A stretch of DNA of 64,000 nt from Dehalococcoidia bacterium. GTDB lineage: Bacteria; Chloroflexota; Dehalococcoidia; Lucifugimonadales; JAGWBF01. The stretch's first letter is position 1. Each line of letters begins with the position of its first letter. Made by a program: the position numbers and the translations under genes. The notes beneath the pieces were generated by a model that saw only the letters and a program-made list of their open reading frames with translations, was not told the origin of the DNA and ran no database searches. The stretch spans positions 1,704,586-1,768,585 of the forward strand of contig CBDDEH010000004.1 of assembly GCA_965226865.1 (NCBI GenBank). The letters are read 5' to 3'. Below, one piece after another: positions 30,545 to 40,661 of the stretch.

Positions 30545-33500
30545 TCAAACTGTCGCCCAGCCTTCAAACACGACCTCAGCCTGCTCAAGGACAGTGACTG
30601 TCGCCTTCTCCTGCTTGTCGGGCGGGTAGCCGTGCTTGCGCAGGATGCGCTTGACCATTGCCCGGAGCTTGGCGCGGACGTTCTCCCGAAGCGTCCAGTC
30701 GATAGTGACGTTGTTCCGCACGGTGTCGACCAGTTCACGGGCGATGTCACGGAGTGTATCGTCGCCGAGCACCTGCACCGCGCTGTCGTTGGTTTCTAGC
30801 GCGTCGTAGAAGGCCAATTCATCATCGCTCAGACCCAGTCGCTCGCCGCGGGCGTTGGCCTCCCGCATCTCCTTCGCAAGCTGGATCAACTCCTCAATGA
30901 CCTGCGCCGCCTCAATAGCCCGGTTCTGGTAGCGGCGTAGGGTCTGCTCCAGCATCTCGGCGAAGGAGCGAGCCTGCACCACGTTCTTGCGGCGTCGGAC
31001 ATGCAACTCACCCTTGAGCAGCTTCTGTAGAAGTTCGACGGCGAGGTTGCGTTGAGGCATTCCCTGCACCTCGGCCAGAAACTCGTCGGAGAGCACCGAG
31101 ATGTCCGGCTTGTCCAGTCCCGCGGCGGCGAAGATGTCCAGCACACCCTCGGATGCCACCGCCCGGGAGATGATCTGCCGCACGGCCAAGTCCAGATCCT
31201 CCTCGGGGCGGGCCTCGCCCGTTGCCCGCTTAGACAGCGCCGCCCTCACCGCCTGGAAGAATCCCACGTCGTCCCGAATGCGAAACGTCTCCGGGTGCGG
31301 CACGGCTAGGGCAAAGGCTTGCGACAGATCGCGGACGGCGTTCAGGCAGCGTTCCTTGCCGTCCTCTTGGGCTAGGACGTGCTCTTGAGCGGGCGGAAGC
31401 AGCCCCAACCGTTTCTGCGCATTGCCTCCCGTCCACATAGACCAGTCGAAGCCGTGAAAGAGCGCGCAACAGACCTCGTACTTCTCCAGCATCACCGCCA
31501 CCGCTTCGCCCTGGTCCAGCGCCGTTCGCCCCGTGCCCCCGCTCTCGGTGTAGGTTGCCAAGGCTGTCTTGAGGTCCTGAGCCAGACCCAGGTAGTCCAC
31601 CACCAGACCGCCGGGCTTGTCCTTGAACACCCGGTTCACCCGGGCGATGGCTTGCATCAGCCCGTGGCCACGCATCGGCTTGTCCACGTACATCGTGTGC
31701 AGGCTGGGCGCGTCGAACCCCGTGAGCCACACGTCCCGCACCAGCACAATCTGGAGTGGGTCGGCGGGATCCGCGGAAGCGGTTCGCCAACGCCTCCCGA
31801 CGAGCCTTGTTGCGGATGTGCGGCTGCCAATCCAGGGGGTCCGAAGCAGAGCCGGTCATCACGACCTTGACGCTTCCCTTGTCGTCATCGTCGTTGTGCC
31901 AACCGGGGCGCAGGCGCGCCAACTCCCGGTAGAGGTCAATGCAGATGCGCCGGCTCATGCAGACGACCATCGCTTTGCCGTCCAGTGCCTCCAGCCTCTG
32001 CTCGAAGTGGGCCACGATGTCCTCGGCGATCTGCCCTACCCGCTTCTCCGCGCCGACTACCGCCTCCGGCTGTGCCCATTTGGTCTTGAGCCTCTCCCTG
32101 CGCTCGACCTCTTCGCCCTCGGTGGCCTCCTCGAACTCCGGGTCTATGGACGGCCTCTCGCGCTCATCCAGAGACAGCTTGGCGAGACGGCTCTCGTAGT
32201 AGATGGGCACTGTGGCCCCGTCCTCAACGGAACGCTGGATGTCGTAGATGCTGATGTAGTTTCCGAACACGGCGCGCGTGTTGGCGTCCTGTAGCTCGAT
32301 GGGCGTCCCCGTGAAGCCAACGAAGGAGGCGTTGGGCAGGGCGTCCCGCATGTGACGGGCGTAGCCGTCGATGAAGTCGTACTGGCTGCGGTGGGCCTCA
32401 TCGGCGATGACCACTATGTTCTGCCTCCCCGATAGCGTAGGGTGTGTATCGCCCTTCTCCTCCGGGAAGAACTTCTGGATGGTTGTGAAGACCACTCCCC
32501 CGGCGTTCACCGACAGCTTGTTGCGCAGGTCGGCGCGACTCTCCGCCTGGGTTGGAGGCTGGCGCAGCAGGTCCTGGCAGCGGGAGAAGGTGCCAAAGAG
32601 CTGGTCGTCCAGGTCGTTGCGGTCCGTCAGGACCACGACAGTCGGGTTCTCCATGGCCTGCTCTCGGACGATGGCGCCGGCGTAGAAGGCCATGGTCAGG
32701 CTCTTGCCTGATCCTTGGGTATGCCAGACCACGCCGATGCGCCGGTCGCCAAGCTCTCCACCGGGTTTGCGGCCTGCCTCGTACCGTCCGCCCTCCTCGG
32801 CGACCTGTGCCTCGTCGCGTTGCAGCTTCGCAGCCCGCAGGGTCTCATTCACCGCGACCTTGACGGCGTGGAACTGGTGATAGCCTGCCATCTTCTTGAC
32901 CAGAGCGCCGCTGCCGTCGTCGTCAAACACGATGAAGTCGCGGACGAGGGCGAGGAAGCGGCCCGGCTCAAAGACGCCTTCAGCATCACCTGTAGCTCGG
33001 TCATGTGGGGGCCAGCCAGCGTCTCCCCAGTGACGGTGCGCCAGGGCTTGAACCACTCCCGACCGGAGGTCAGCGTGCCGATGCGGGCATCGGTCCCGTC
33101 GGAGACCATGAGCGCCTCGTTCATGGAGAACAGGGTTGGCAGTTCCGCCTTGTAGGTCTGGAACTGCTGCCAGGCCGTCCAGATGGTGGCGTCCTCGTCC
33201 GCAGGGTTCTTCAGCTCGATGACGCCTAATGGCAGCCCGTTGACGAACAGCGCGATGTCCGGCCTACGGGTGTTCCTGTTCTCGGTGACGGTGAACTGGT
33301 TGACGGCCAGCCAGTCATTGTTGGCGGGGTTGTCGAAATCGATGACCTGCGCCTGCGCTCCGCGAATGGCTCCACCGTCAGCCCGGTACTCTACCGCCAC
33401 CCCCTCGACGAGCATTCGGTGGAAGGCACGGTTGCGGGATTCAAGGGTCGAACCCTCGGGGCGGGTGAGCTTGCGGAAGGCGTCGTCCAGCGCCGGTGGG

Positions 33501-33688
33501 GGCAGGCTGGGGTTCAACTCGGCGAGGGAGTCCGGCACCCGACGCTCCAGAACCACCTGCCCATAGTCGGTGCGCTCGGCGTTGGGCGTGCCCGGCGCGA
33601 TGTCCGGGCCGTGGGCCACCTGCCAGCCCAGGGCGGAAAGCCAGTCAAGGGCGGCTTGCTCAACATCACCTTCATTTAGGTTGGTCAT
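30545..33688 (-). pseudogene. hsdR: type I restriction enzyme R subunit, two frameshifts
   Basis: Three overlapping ORFs (32849-33688, 31230-33056, 30545-31747) together carry an HsdR N-terminal nuclease region plus helicase motifs ([31 protein letters not shown]). The sense frame switches near 32977 (one G missing) and near 31771 (one extra G). Confidence 0.9.
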
Positions 33689-34741
33689 GGGTGCTCCCAG
33701 AGATGAACTCGGGGCCTATATGCAAATCGCCGTTATCAACAGGAGTCATTTGCAGTCCCTCCTGTGCGAAGTAATTGATTAGGGCTGTCTTGTAATCGTC
33801 TAGGGGTTCCGCCCGCACCACTTGGGATAACTCTAATCCCGATTGGCTAAGCGAGGCGCCACGAAGCGGGAAGCCTGGAGAACGCGGCTTCATAGAACGG
33901 GGTCCACCGACTGGATAGAGCACCCAGTACTGACTTTGAAAACGAAAAGGATATCGGTTCGTTTGATCGGGTTGGATTCTTCCAAACCCAATGGCGGATT
34001 GCATGTCATGCCAGGAATCATAGTTTGGGTTGACCAGACCATGGGTGTTGAGCAAATCCAGGTAACTGCTGCGAAAACCATGTGTCGTAATGCGGTCGAA
34101 ACACGCATTACAGACTCTACCGTCGTCGTCGCTGGCATAACGGGTTCCCTCCGAGTAGACACAAAGAACGCAAAACCAACTAAAGATGCGAGCTACGTGT
34201 TGATTCATATCCTTCAGAACACGCAGGGTTCTAAAGGACGTGCTTCCAGGCCGTTCTACTTCACCTGCAAGTATTTTCGCCCATAGTTGCTGCATATCTT
34301 CGGAGGATACGTCTTGAACATCGTCGAAGAATCGAGCAGTCCAGTCGTGATCAACTTCGTGGTCTTGGACTTCCTTGTCTCCAAGCTCCAGTGCTGCCTG
34401 TCTTACTATGCTGCCAATGTTGGCCTGTCGCTTCTCCTCCTGAAACTGAATCCTCTGCGTAACCACCGTTCCAAATTCCAACTGGCCCTGCACGGTAGCG
34501 TCTGGTGATACCAGCTTAGCGCGGGCATCTGCCTGAGCACTGGCAATGATGCCATGGTAGTTGCTTGACCTTCTGCGAGGATCCTCTGTGCTTCAGCTTC
34601 TCCTTGGGCAACTATAGATTTAGCCTTGGCTTCTTGCCGGGCTTTCCAGGAGGCCAACATGGGGCCCGCTACGCTACCTATCCCACTGGCAGCATAGTCA
34701 AGTAATTTCTCAATGGCAGGAACTTTTAGGTTGATGTCCAT
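33672..34741 (-). pseudogene. DUF2806-like protein, one frameshift
   Basis: ORF 34406-34741 gives the N-terminal helical part (IEKLLDYAASGIGSVAGPMLASWKARQEAKA). ORF 33672-34493 gives the core (EDMQQLWAKILAGEVERPGSTSFRTLRVLKDM). The frames switch near 34550. It overlaps the hsdS stop and the hsdR start. Confidence 0.6.
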
Positions 34742-36363
34742 CGGCTCACTCCGTTAACTCCAACCTCCCCCGACACCAACCCCGGCAGCAGCGCATCCCG
34801 TTGCGCAGCGAGGGTATGGGACTCGTGGATTGCCGATACGATTCGATTAACGCATGGCTCGACCAGTCTGGTGAAGGCTTTGGACACTTCTATGCTTGGA
34901 AGTGCGACCTTGTAGCGAGCCATGTCTGCCCAATTGGTGCGCGGCATCCTTGTGCCGGTAGACGTGGCATCAGTATAGGCTACAAACTCTGCGCTAGATG
35001 TATGACCAAGGACAAATCCAGACCACAGATTCGACTTGGGCTGCACAACAACAATGTCTGTTGAGCACACCCCATCCAATGGAGCGACGCCAACCTTGTG
35101 AAAGTATGGTCGCAGTTTCCCGAACAAGATGTCTCCCTGCTCGAACTTGAACTTGCCGCTGGCTAGTCCATCTGCGTTGCTCCATTGCGTAAGCGCGATG
35201 CAACGCTTGGGCATGTGTTCAAGCGCAATGTAGTGTGACTCTGCGTCAATCTCCTCCGGTTTTACTCCCGACCGGCGTTGCTTTGCCACCTCCCCAAGCG
35301 CCTTCACCCCCCACCCCTCCGGGATCTCCCCCAGCTCCGAGTCCACGAGGCGGTCGGGGAACAAGTCGTAGTGTCCGGCAGGGAGGCCGGGGAGCGACTC
35401 GCCCCTACGCCAGCGGCCCTCCATCTTGGCCCGCACCGGGTCGAAGTTCACGAACCACGACTTGAACAGCGCCCGCGCCATCGCTTCCAGCATCTCGTTC
35501 ATGCGCCGGTTCAACTCGATCTTGTCGTCCAGCACACCAAGGACGTGGGCGATGGCCCGCTGCTCCGATAGGGGTGGGAGGGGAACGGTCAAATGGTCCA
35601 GGGAGTCCACCGGTACCCGCTGGCGTCCGGAAGTGCCGGTCATTTGGCCAATAGCGTAGTTACGAACTTCCTCCCATTTGGTCAAGTAGTAGGCAAAGTT
35701 GGTGTCGGTTACGTCAGCGCGTCCTCGTATCACGATGAATTCTGTTGAGCCGTGGGCCTCTAGTTTGTCGCCCACAGCTTGGTATCGGGCGATTTTGCCA
35801 TTCTCAAGACAAGGGGTAATGCGGGCCATCAGAGTGTCACCACTCTGGAACCTGGAACCGCTGCCCTTGAATGTCCGTTCCTCCACCGAGACAGTGGTTC
35901 TCGAATCCGCATTCACAGCTGCCATGTCAACGAAGGGATAAATTGCACCCCGGTCAAGCCGAGTCGGCGGGTTGACCAGCACCGCTTCGCTGAACAGCGC
36001 CACGCGCCACGCGCCATCCACCCTCCCTGGGGCGCGTACCAATGGCAGAGCTACCCTTTGCTCCTTCACGATCTGCTTGAAGGCATGGCTGACGGCGTTT
36101 AGGTCCACCACGTCCACCGTGTAGGGAAGTGTCGAGTCCTCAAATGCGCCTTTCAACGCTCCCAACAACTTGTGGCTGAGCTTGCTCTCACCATCCAGGG
36201 CCAGGTCCAGGTCTGACGAATCCTTCGTAGTCCAATTAGTGCGGCTCCCGAACACCCAGACCTTGACATCCACAGGCAGATGCTCGCGCAGAATGCCCTG
36301 CACGATTTCAAGATGGTCAGGCCGGATGTCCACCGGGCTAGTCAAGGGATTCGATCCTCTCAT
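34726..36363 (-). CDS. hsdS: minimal nucleotidyltransferase (MNT) domain fused in frame to type I specificity subunit HsdS
   Basis: Residues about 1-105 form an MNT domain (VWVFGSRTNWTTKDSSDLDLAL ... YTVDVVDL). The rest is an HsdS with two TRDs, the central conserved helix (LPPLSEQRAIAHVLGVLDDKIELNRRMNEMLEAMARALFKSWFV) and the C-terminal helix. There is no stop between the two parts. Confidence 0.8.
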   Translation of the reverse strand: MRGSNPLTSPVDIRPDHLEIVQGILREHLPVDVKVWVFGSRTNWTTKDSSDLDLALDGESKLSHKLLGALKGAFEDSTLPYTVDVVDLNAVSHAFKQIVKEQRVALPLVRAPGRVDGAWRVALFSEAVLVNPPTRLDRGAIYPFVDMAAVNADSRTTVSVEERTFKGSGSRFQSGDTLMARITPCLENGKIARYQAVGDKLEAHGSTEFIVIRGRADVTDTNFAYYLTKWEEVRNYAIGQMTGTSGRQRVPVDSLDHLTVPLPPLSEQRAIAHVLGVLDDKIELNRRMNEMLEAMARALFKSWFVNFDPVRAKMEGRWRRGESLPGLPAGHYDLFPDRLVDSELGEIPEGWGVKALGEVAKQRRSGVKPEEIDAESHYIALEHMPKRCIALTQWSNADGLASGKFKFEQGDILFGKLRPYFHKVGVAPLDGVCSTDIVVVQPKSNLWSGFVLGHTSSAEFVAYTDATSTGTRMPRTNWADMARYKVALPSIEVSKAFTRLVEPCVNRIVSAIHESHTLAAQRDALLPGLVSGEVGVNGVSRWTST

Positions 36364-36769
36364 GGAGTCGATTCAGGAGATACCGGGCTTCCTGTAGGAA
36401 GTCGGGAACGCTCTCGAATACCTCCTGAGCTTTCTCTTCGTTGTAGGTGTGGCTGGTCGTCCCACGGTTCCTGCGAAACTCAAGCCACTCAGGGAGTTCG
36501 GACCTGAGCAGAGATTGCCTGTAGGCTTCCCGTACAACGTCATTGAAGACGAGTTCGTCGATCTCGGCTGGATTGGCTGACGCAAGCTCCAGATACCGCC
36601 TCAGCATCCTGAAGGAGAGCTCGTAGGTGAACTCGAACGCCTGGATTACGGCGGCCCTCAGGTGTCTCTTGAGGCGAGGGTGATCCAAGGCTAAGTCGGA
36701 ATGGTAGATGTCCAGGGCTTCTTCCAACTGGGCAACGGCATCCTCAAGCGGTGTCAAGTCCAGCTTCAT
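36338..36769 (-). CDS. HEPN-type protein, HI0074 family (nucleotidyltransferase substrate-binding protein)
   Basis: 143 aa from the ATG at 36769, 4 nt after the hsdM stop. Motif FRRNRGTTSHTYNEE matches RNxxxHxY. The longer ORF-track start at 37078 lies inside hsdM in another frame. Confidence 0.8.
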   Translation of the reverse strand: MKLDLTPLEDAVAQLEEALDIYHSDLALDHPRLKRHLRAAVIQAFEFTYELSFRMLRRYLELASANPAEIDELVFNDVVREAYRQSLLRSELPEWLEFRRNRGTTSHTYNEEKAQEVFESVPDFLQEARYLLNRLHERIESLD

Positions 36770-36773
36770 CAGA

Positions 36774-38378
36774 CTACCTCTGTGCCCCGAATCCCAAGCG
36801 TGCCAAGTTCGCCTCGATCTCCGCGTCCAGCCGATGGGCCTCAGCCTGCTGCTCCCTCCATTGAGCAGAGAGTCGAGCCATCTTCTCCTCGAAGGGCTCG
36901 CCGTCGTCCTCCTGCGGCTCCGCGCCGACGTAGCGGCCGGGGGTGAGAACGTGGCCGTGCTTGCGGACCTCCTCCAGCGCCGCACTCTTGCAGAAGCCGG
37001 GTACGTCGGCGTACTCGCCGGAATGTTCCTCCCCGCGCCAGGCGTGGTAGGCGTCGGCGATGCGGGCGATGTCATCACCGGTCAGCTCCCGGTGGGTGCG
37101 GTCAACCATGCGCCCTAGCTTGCGGGCGTCGATGAACAGCAGTTCGCCCCGCCGGTCCCGGTGCTTGCCGCCTCTACGGTCCCTGGACAAGAACCAGAGG
37201 CAGACGGGTATCTGCGTGGAGTAGAAGAGTTGACCGGGCAGGGCCACCATGCAGTCCACCAGGTCCGCTTCTATGAGGTTCTTGCGGATCTCGCCCTCGC
37301 CTGACTGGTTCGACGACATGGAGCCGTTGGCCAGGACGAAGCCGGCAGCGCCGCGCGGCGACAGGTGATGGGCCATGTGCTGCACCCAGGCGAAGTTGGC
37401 GTTTCCCGTGGGCGGGACGCCATACTGCCACCGCTTGTCGTCCCGCAGCCGATCGCCGCCCCAGTCGGAGATGTTGAAGGGGGGATTGGCGAGGATGTAG
37501 TCGGCCTTCAGGTCGGGGTGGCGGTCGTTGTGGAAGCTGTCGCCGTGGGCGATGTTGCCCTCAATCCCGCGAAGAGCCAAGTTCATCCTGGCCAGCTTCC
37601 AGGTGGTGTGGTTGGACTCCTGGCCCCAGATGGAGATGTCGCCGCGCGCCCTGCCCCCATTACCGTTCCCGCTAACGTGGGCATTGATGAACTCTATCGA
37701 CTGCACGAACATGCCGGATGAGCCGCAGCAGGGGTCGTAGACACGGCCTTGGTAGGGTTCTAGCATCTCCACCAGGAGCTTGACGACGCAGCGCGGGGTG
37801 TAGAACTCGCCGCCCTTCTTGCCCTCGGCGCTGGCGAACTGGGAGAGGAAGTACTCGTACACCCGTCCCAGCACGTCTTTCGAGCGGGCTTCCGCGTCTC
37901 CAACCTGGATATTGGTGATCAGATCGATGAGCTGGCCCAGACGGGTCTTGTCCAGGGCGGGCCGGGCGTAGTCCTTGGGCAGCACGTCCTTGAGCGCCGG
38001 GTTGTCTCGCTCAATGGCGGTCATGGCGTCGTCCACCAGTTGGCCGATGACCGGCTGCCGCGCCTGCGCTTTGAGGTGAGGCCAACGAGCCTCCGGAGGC
38101 ACCCAGAAGATGTTCTCGCCGCGGTACTCGTCCATGTCTTCGGGGTCATACCCTTCTTCGGTCCTCGACTCCAGCCAGGCGTGCAACTCTTGGAAGGCGT
38201 CGGAGATGTACTTGAGGAAGATGAGGCCGAGGACGACGTGCTTGTACTCGGCGGCGTCCATGCTGCCCCGAAGGGCGTCGGCCAACCGCCAGAGCTCGGC
38301 CTCGTAACCTGTCAGAGCGCCACTGCTCGATTCGGTGTTCGCGCCGGAGGCAGTCCGTCTCTGTGGCACAGTCGTCAT
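36774..38378 (-). CDS. hsdM: type I restriction-modification N6-adenine DNA methyltransferase subunit
   Basis: 534 aa ORF with an HsdM N-terminal domain, the SAM motif [12 protein letters not shown] and the catalytic NPPF ([15 protein letters not shown]). Confidence 0.93.
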   Translation of the reverse strand: MTTVPQRRTASGANTESSSGALTGYEAELWRLADALRGSMDAAEYKHVVLGLIFLKYISDAFQELHAWLESRTEEGYDPEDMDEYRGENIFWVPPEARWPHLKAQARQPVIGQLVDDAMTAIERDNPALKDVLPKDYARPALDKTRLGQLIDLITNIQVGDAEARSKDVLGRVYEYFLSQFASAEGKKGGEFYTPRCVVKLLVEMLEPYQGRVYDPCCGSSGMFVQSIEFINAHVSGNGNGGRARGDISIWGQESNHTTWKLARMNLALRGIEGNIAHGDSFHNDRHPDLKADYILANPPFNISDWGGDRLRDDKRWQYGVPPTGNANFAWVQHMAHHLSPRGAAGFVLANGSMSSNQSGEGEIRKNLIEADLVDCMVALPGQLFYSTQIPVCLWFLSRDRRGGKHRDRRGELLFIDARKLGRMVDRTHRELTGDDIARIADAYHAWRGEEHSGEYADVPGFCKSAALEEVRKHGHVLTPGRYVGAEPQEDDGEPFEEKMARLSAQWREQQAEAHRLDAEIEANLARLGFGAQR

Positions 38379-38626
38379 GATGCCTCACCCCTTGGTTTGC
38401 TCTTGGAACGCCACCTGTCTACTTCGCGTAGGGCGTTCTTGCCCCCCGGTCCGTATCCGTGATGGACCAGGAAGCCGGGGACGCCGCCGTACTCGACGGA
38501 TATCACCGCAGACTCGGCGGTCTTGTCGTGGCCGGGCAGGAAGAATGAGCCGATTGCCGTCTCCGCGCCGCAGCCGCACCAGCACTCGCCGGTCGGCAGC
38601 AGGCGTTTGGTTGAAGCCATTCTCAT
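38375..38626 (-). CDS. small Cys-rich protein of unknown function, coupled to hsdM
   Basis: 83 aa from the ATG at 38626, with GGGAG upstream. It contains CWCGCG ... FFLPGHDK. Its stop overlaps the hsdM start (ATGA). Confidence 0.5.
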   Translation of the reverse strand: MRMASTKRLLPTGECWCGCGAETAIGSFFLPGHDKTAESAVISVEYGGVPGFLVHHGYGPGGKNALREVDRWRSKSKPRGEAS

Positions 38627-38927
38627 ATCTCCCGAAACGAGACCATTGGAATGCCCTTGGACACTGTCCAAGGATACGTTCCTAGGTGCTTCCGAGTCAA
38701 TGCGGAATGGGGAGTTTGATGCCCCACGTCCCTCCTTATGGCCGTGCTCAGGGGCGCTACAACCTATCTCCCAGCCCATCGCAGCCGCTCTAACCAGCAA
38801 CCCTTTTGCCCTCACCACAAGATTGGACTCGACACAATGGCTTGCAAGGCATTACATGCCCGGGTTTTCCGTTCACAATGGGATGTTGGGTAACTGCTTA
38901 CTAAAGCAATGCGCGACTCTGGCACAG

Positions 38928-40661
38928 ATGGGAACGAGGACCTCTAATATGGCTGCGTCCGACCGACAGATGCTTGACTCCCTCAGCCGGATGCCATTCG
39001 TTGATTCGGCGGAGCTGGCGGGCATCCTGGGCGAGCCGCACACGACGGTTCACCGAACCCTGGCCGGCCTGCTGGCTGACGGCATCATCGGGAGGGTGAG
39101 TCACGGCACAGCCCACCTGCCGTCGAGCCAGAGATTCCACCTTACGACCAACGGCATCAGACAGGCCGCCGAAGTACTCGGCTTTGCGACTCCCTCGGAT
39201 TTCGTGCGCGCCTACCCTGTGTCCAGGGAGTGGCTCACGCTGCTCCTCCGCCGGATGGACGCGGTGGCCGCCGTCTACCGACTCGCCGCCTCGATGTCGC
39301 CCGGCATCGACGGGCTACGTTCGCACGTGGAGTTCCACCGGCGGGGGCGCTTCGACGCCACAATCATCAGGCACGACGGCCGCAGCTTCGGCGTGGTGCG
39401 CCAGGGCCTGGCCCTGCGGCGCCGGTCGCTCTACGATCGGCTGAGAGCCATAGCCGAGTACGACTACACGCGCCGCCCCGACACCGTTCTGGTCCTTGTG
39501 CCCAGCGTCTGGGAGGAGAGGCTGACAACGAGGTTCTGCGGGAACCGGAACCTCCGTGACTGCTTCGTCGCCGTGGAGCCCAGGGACGCTCTGGAAAAAC
39601 GGGACCTTCGCCTCTGGTGTTGCACCTCGTGGGTGATCGGTAGCAGGTTCTTCTCCCTGGGGGCCATCAGCTCCCGCGCCAGCCCCGGCGGAGGGCCTCG
39701 CACGGAGTCGCCGGAGCGGAAACGGGCGTCGCTGCCCCGCCCCGAGCGGATGGTGAAAGGTGCGCCGGCCTTCGGCGTCAGCCCGTCTGAGAAGCGGACG
39801 CTCGACCTCGTGACCGACCACCCGATGATCCCCCGTGAGCACCTGGCCCTCTGGCTCGGCATCTCCGAGGGACGGGTCAGCCAGATGATGCGCGGCCTCA
39901 TCAACACCTGGGGCCTCGTCGAGCGTCATGGAAAACGCGGAGACACCCGCTATACGCTGTCCGCCGAGGGCATACGCTACGTCACCCACAGGGACCGCGC
40001 CCAGCTTCCCACCACGCGGGGCATCTGGAGCACCGCCCTCACCACAGACAAACAGGGCTGCAGACGGTACGTGGGCCACCGCATCGAGACGTGGGCGAAG
40101 CAGACGAGGCACGCCGACGGCATCACGTGGTTCCTGTCGAAGCTGGAGGCCGAGGCCAGGGCAGACCCCGACAACGAGCTGGTGTGGTCCGTCCCCACCG
40201 CCAGGTCCGACAGGGCCTACAACTGGGGCGATTCAGCCATCGCACCCGATGCCGTGGGGCAGATGACCGCCCAGGGCCTTCAGATACCGTTCTACTTCGA
40301 GTACGAGCTCCGTGCCCGGCATCCCCAGGGAGTCATTGCCCGCCTGGACCCCTACATGAGCTACTACTGGTCAAACGAGCCTAAGGACGACCAGCCGCCG
40401 TACCCCGTCACCCTGTTCGTCGTGGACACCGAGGAGGTGGAGGCAACCTACGTGCGCACCGCCGCCCGGATGAGCCGGATGTCGCCGCCCATCTTCGTGT
40501 CCTGCGTGCCTGTTCTGTCCCACACGGGGGTACTGGGACGTTCCTGGCGTCCACTGTGGGAGCCGGAGTCCCCACGACTGCCCCTGTCCGCGCTGCGTGC
40601 CTACCAGTGGGACTCACTCCACCACCGGATGCGTCATCGTCCTGTAGGGGGGAATAGATAG
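38928..40661 (+). CDS. tandem winged-HTH / replication-relaxation (Replic_Relax-like) protein
   Basis: There are two successive modules, each a MarR-like wHTH followed by a Replic_Relax-like region (second copy: APDAVGQM ... IPFYFEYELRARHP ... VTLFVVD). The start is uncertain (ATG at 38928 or 38949). The ORF-track start at 38523 overlaps the divergent gene. Confidence 0.55.
   Translation: MGTRTSNMAASDRQMLDSLSRMPFVDSAELAGILGEPHTTVHRTLAGLLADGIIGRVSHGTAHLPSSQRFHLTTNGIRQAAEVLGFATPSDFVRAYPVSREWLTLLLRRMDAVAAVYRLAASMSPGIDGLRSHVEFHRRGRFDATIIRHDGRSFGVVRQGLALRRRSLYDRLRAIAEYDYTRRPDTVLVLVPSVWEERLTTRFCGNRNLRDCFVAVEPRDALEKRDLRLWCCTSWVIGSRFFSLGAISSRASPGGGPRTESPERKRASLPRPERMVKGAPAFGVSPSEKRTLDLVTDHPMIPREHLALWLGISEGRVSQMMRGLINTWGLVERHGKRGDTRYTLSAEGIRYVTHRDRAQLPTTRGIWSTALTTDKQGCRRYVGHRIETWAKQTRHADGITWFLSKLEAEARADPDNELVWSVPTARSDRAYNWGDSAIAPDAVGQMTAQGLQIPFYFEYELRARHPQGVIARLDPYMSYYWSNEPKDDQPPYPVTLFVVDTEEVEATYVRTAARMSRMSPPIFVSCVPVLSHTGVLGRSWRPLWEPESPRLPLSALRAYQWDSLHHRMRHRPVGGNR

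Noticed and set aside
36770-37078. N-terminal 103 codons of ORF 36338-37078
   Set aside because: This part lies inside hsdM in another frame and is Arg/Ser/Pro-rich. The HEPN homology begins at the ATG at 36769, right after the hsdM stop.
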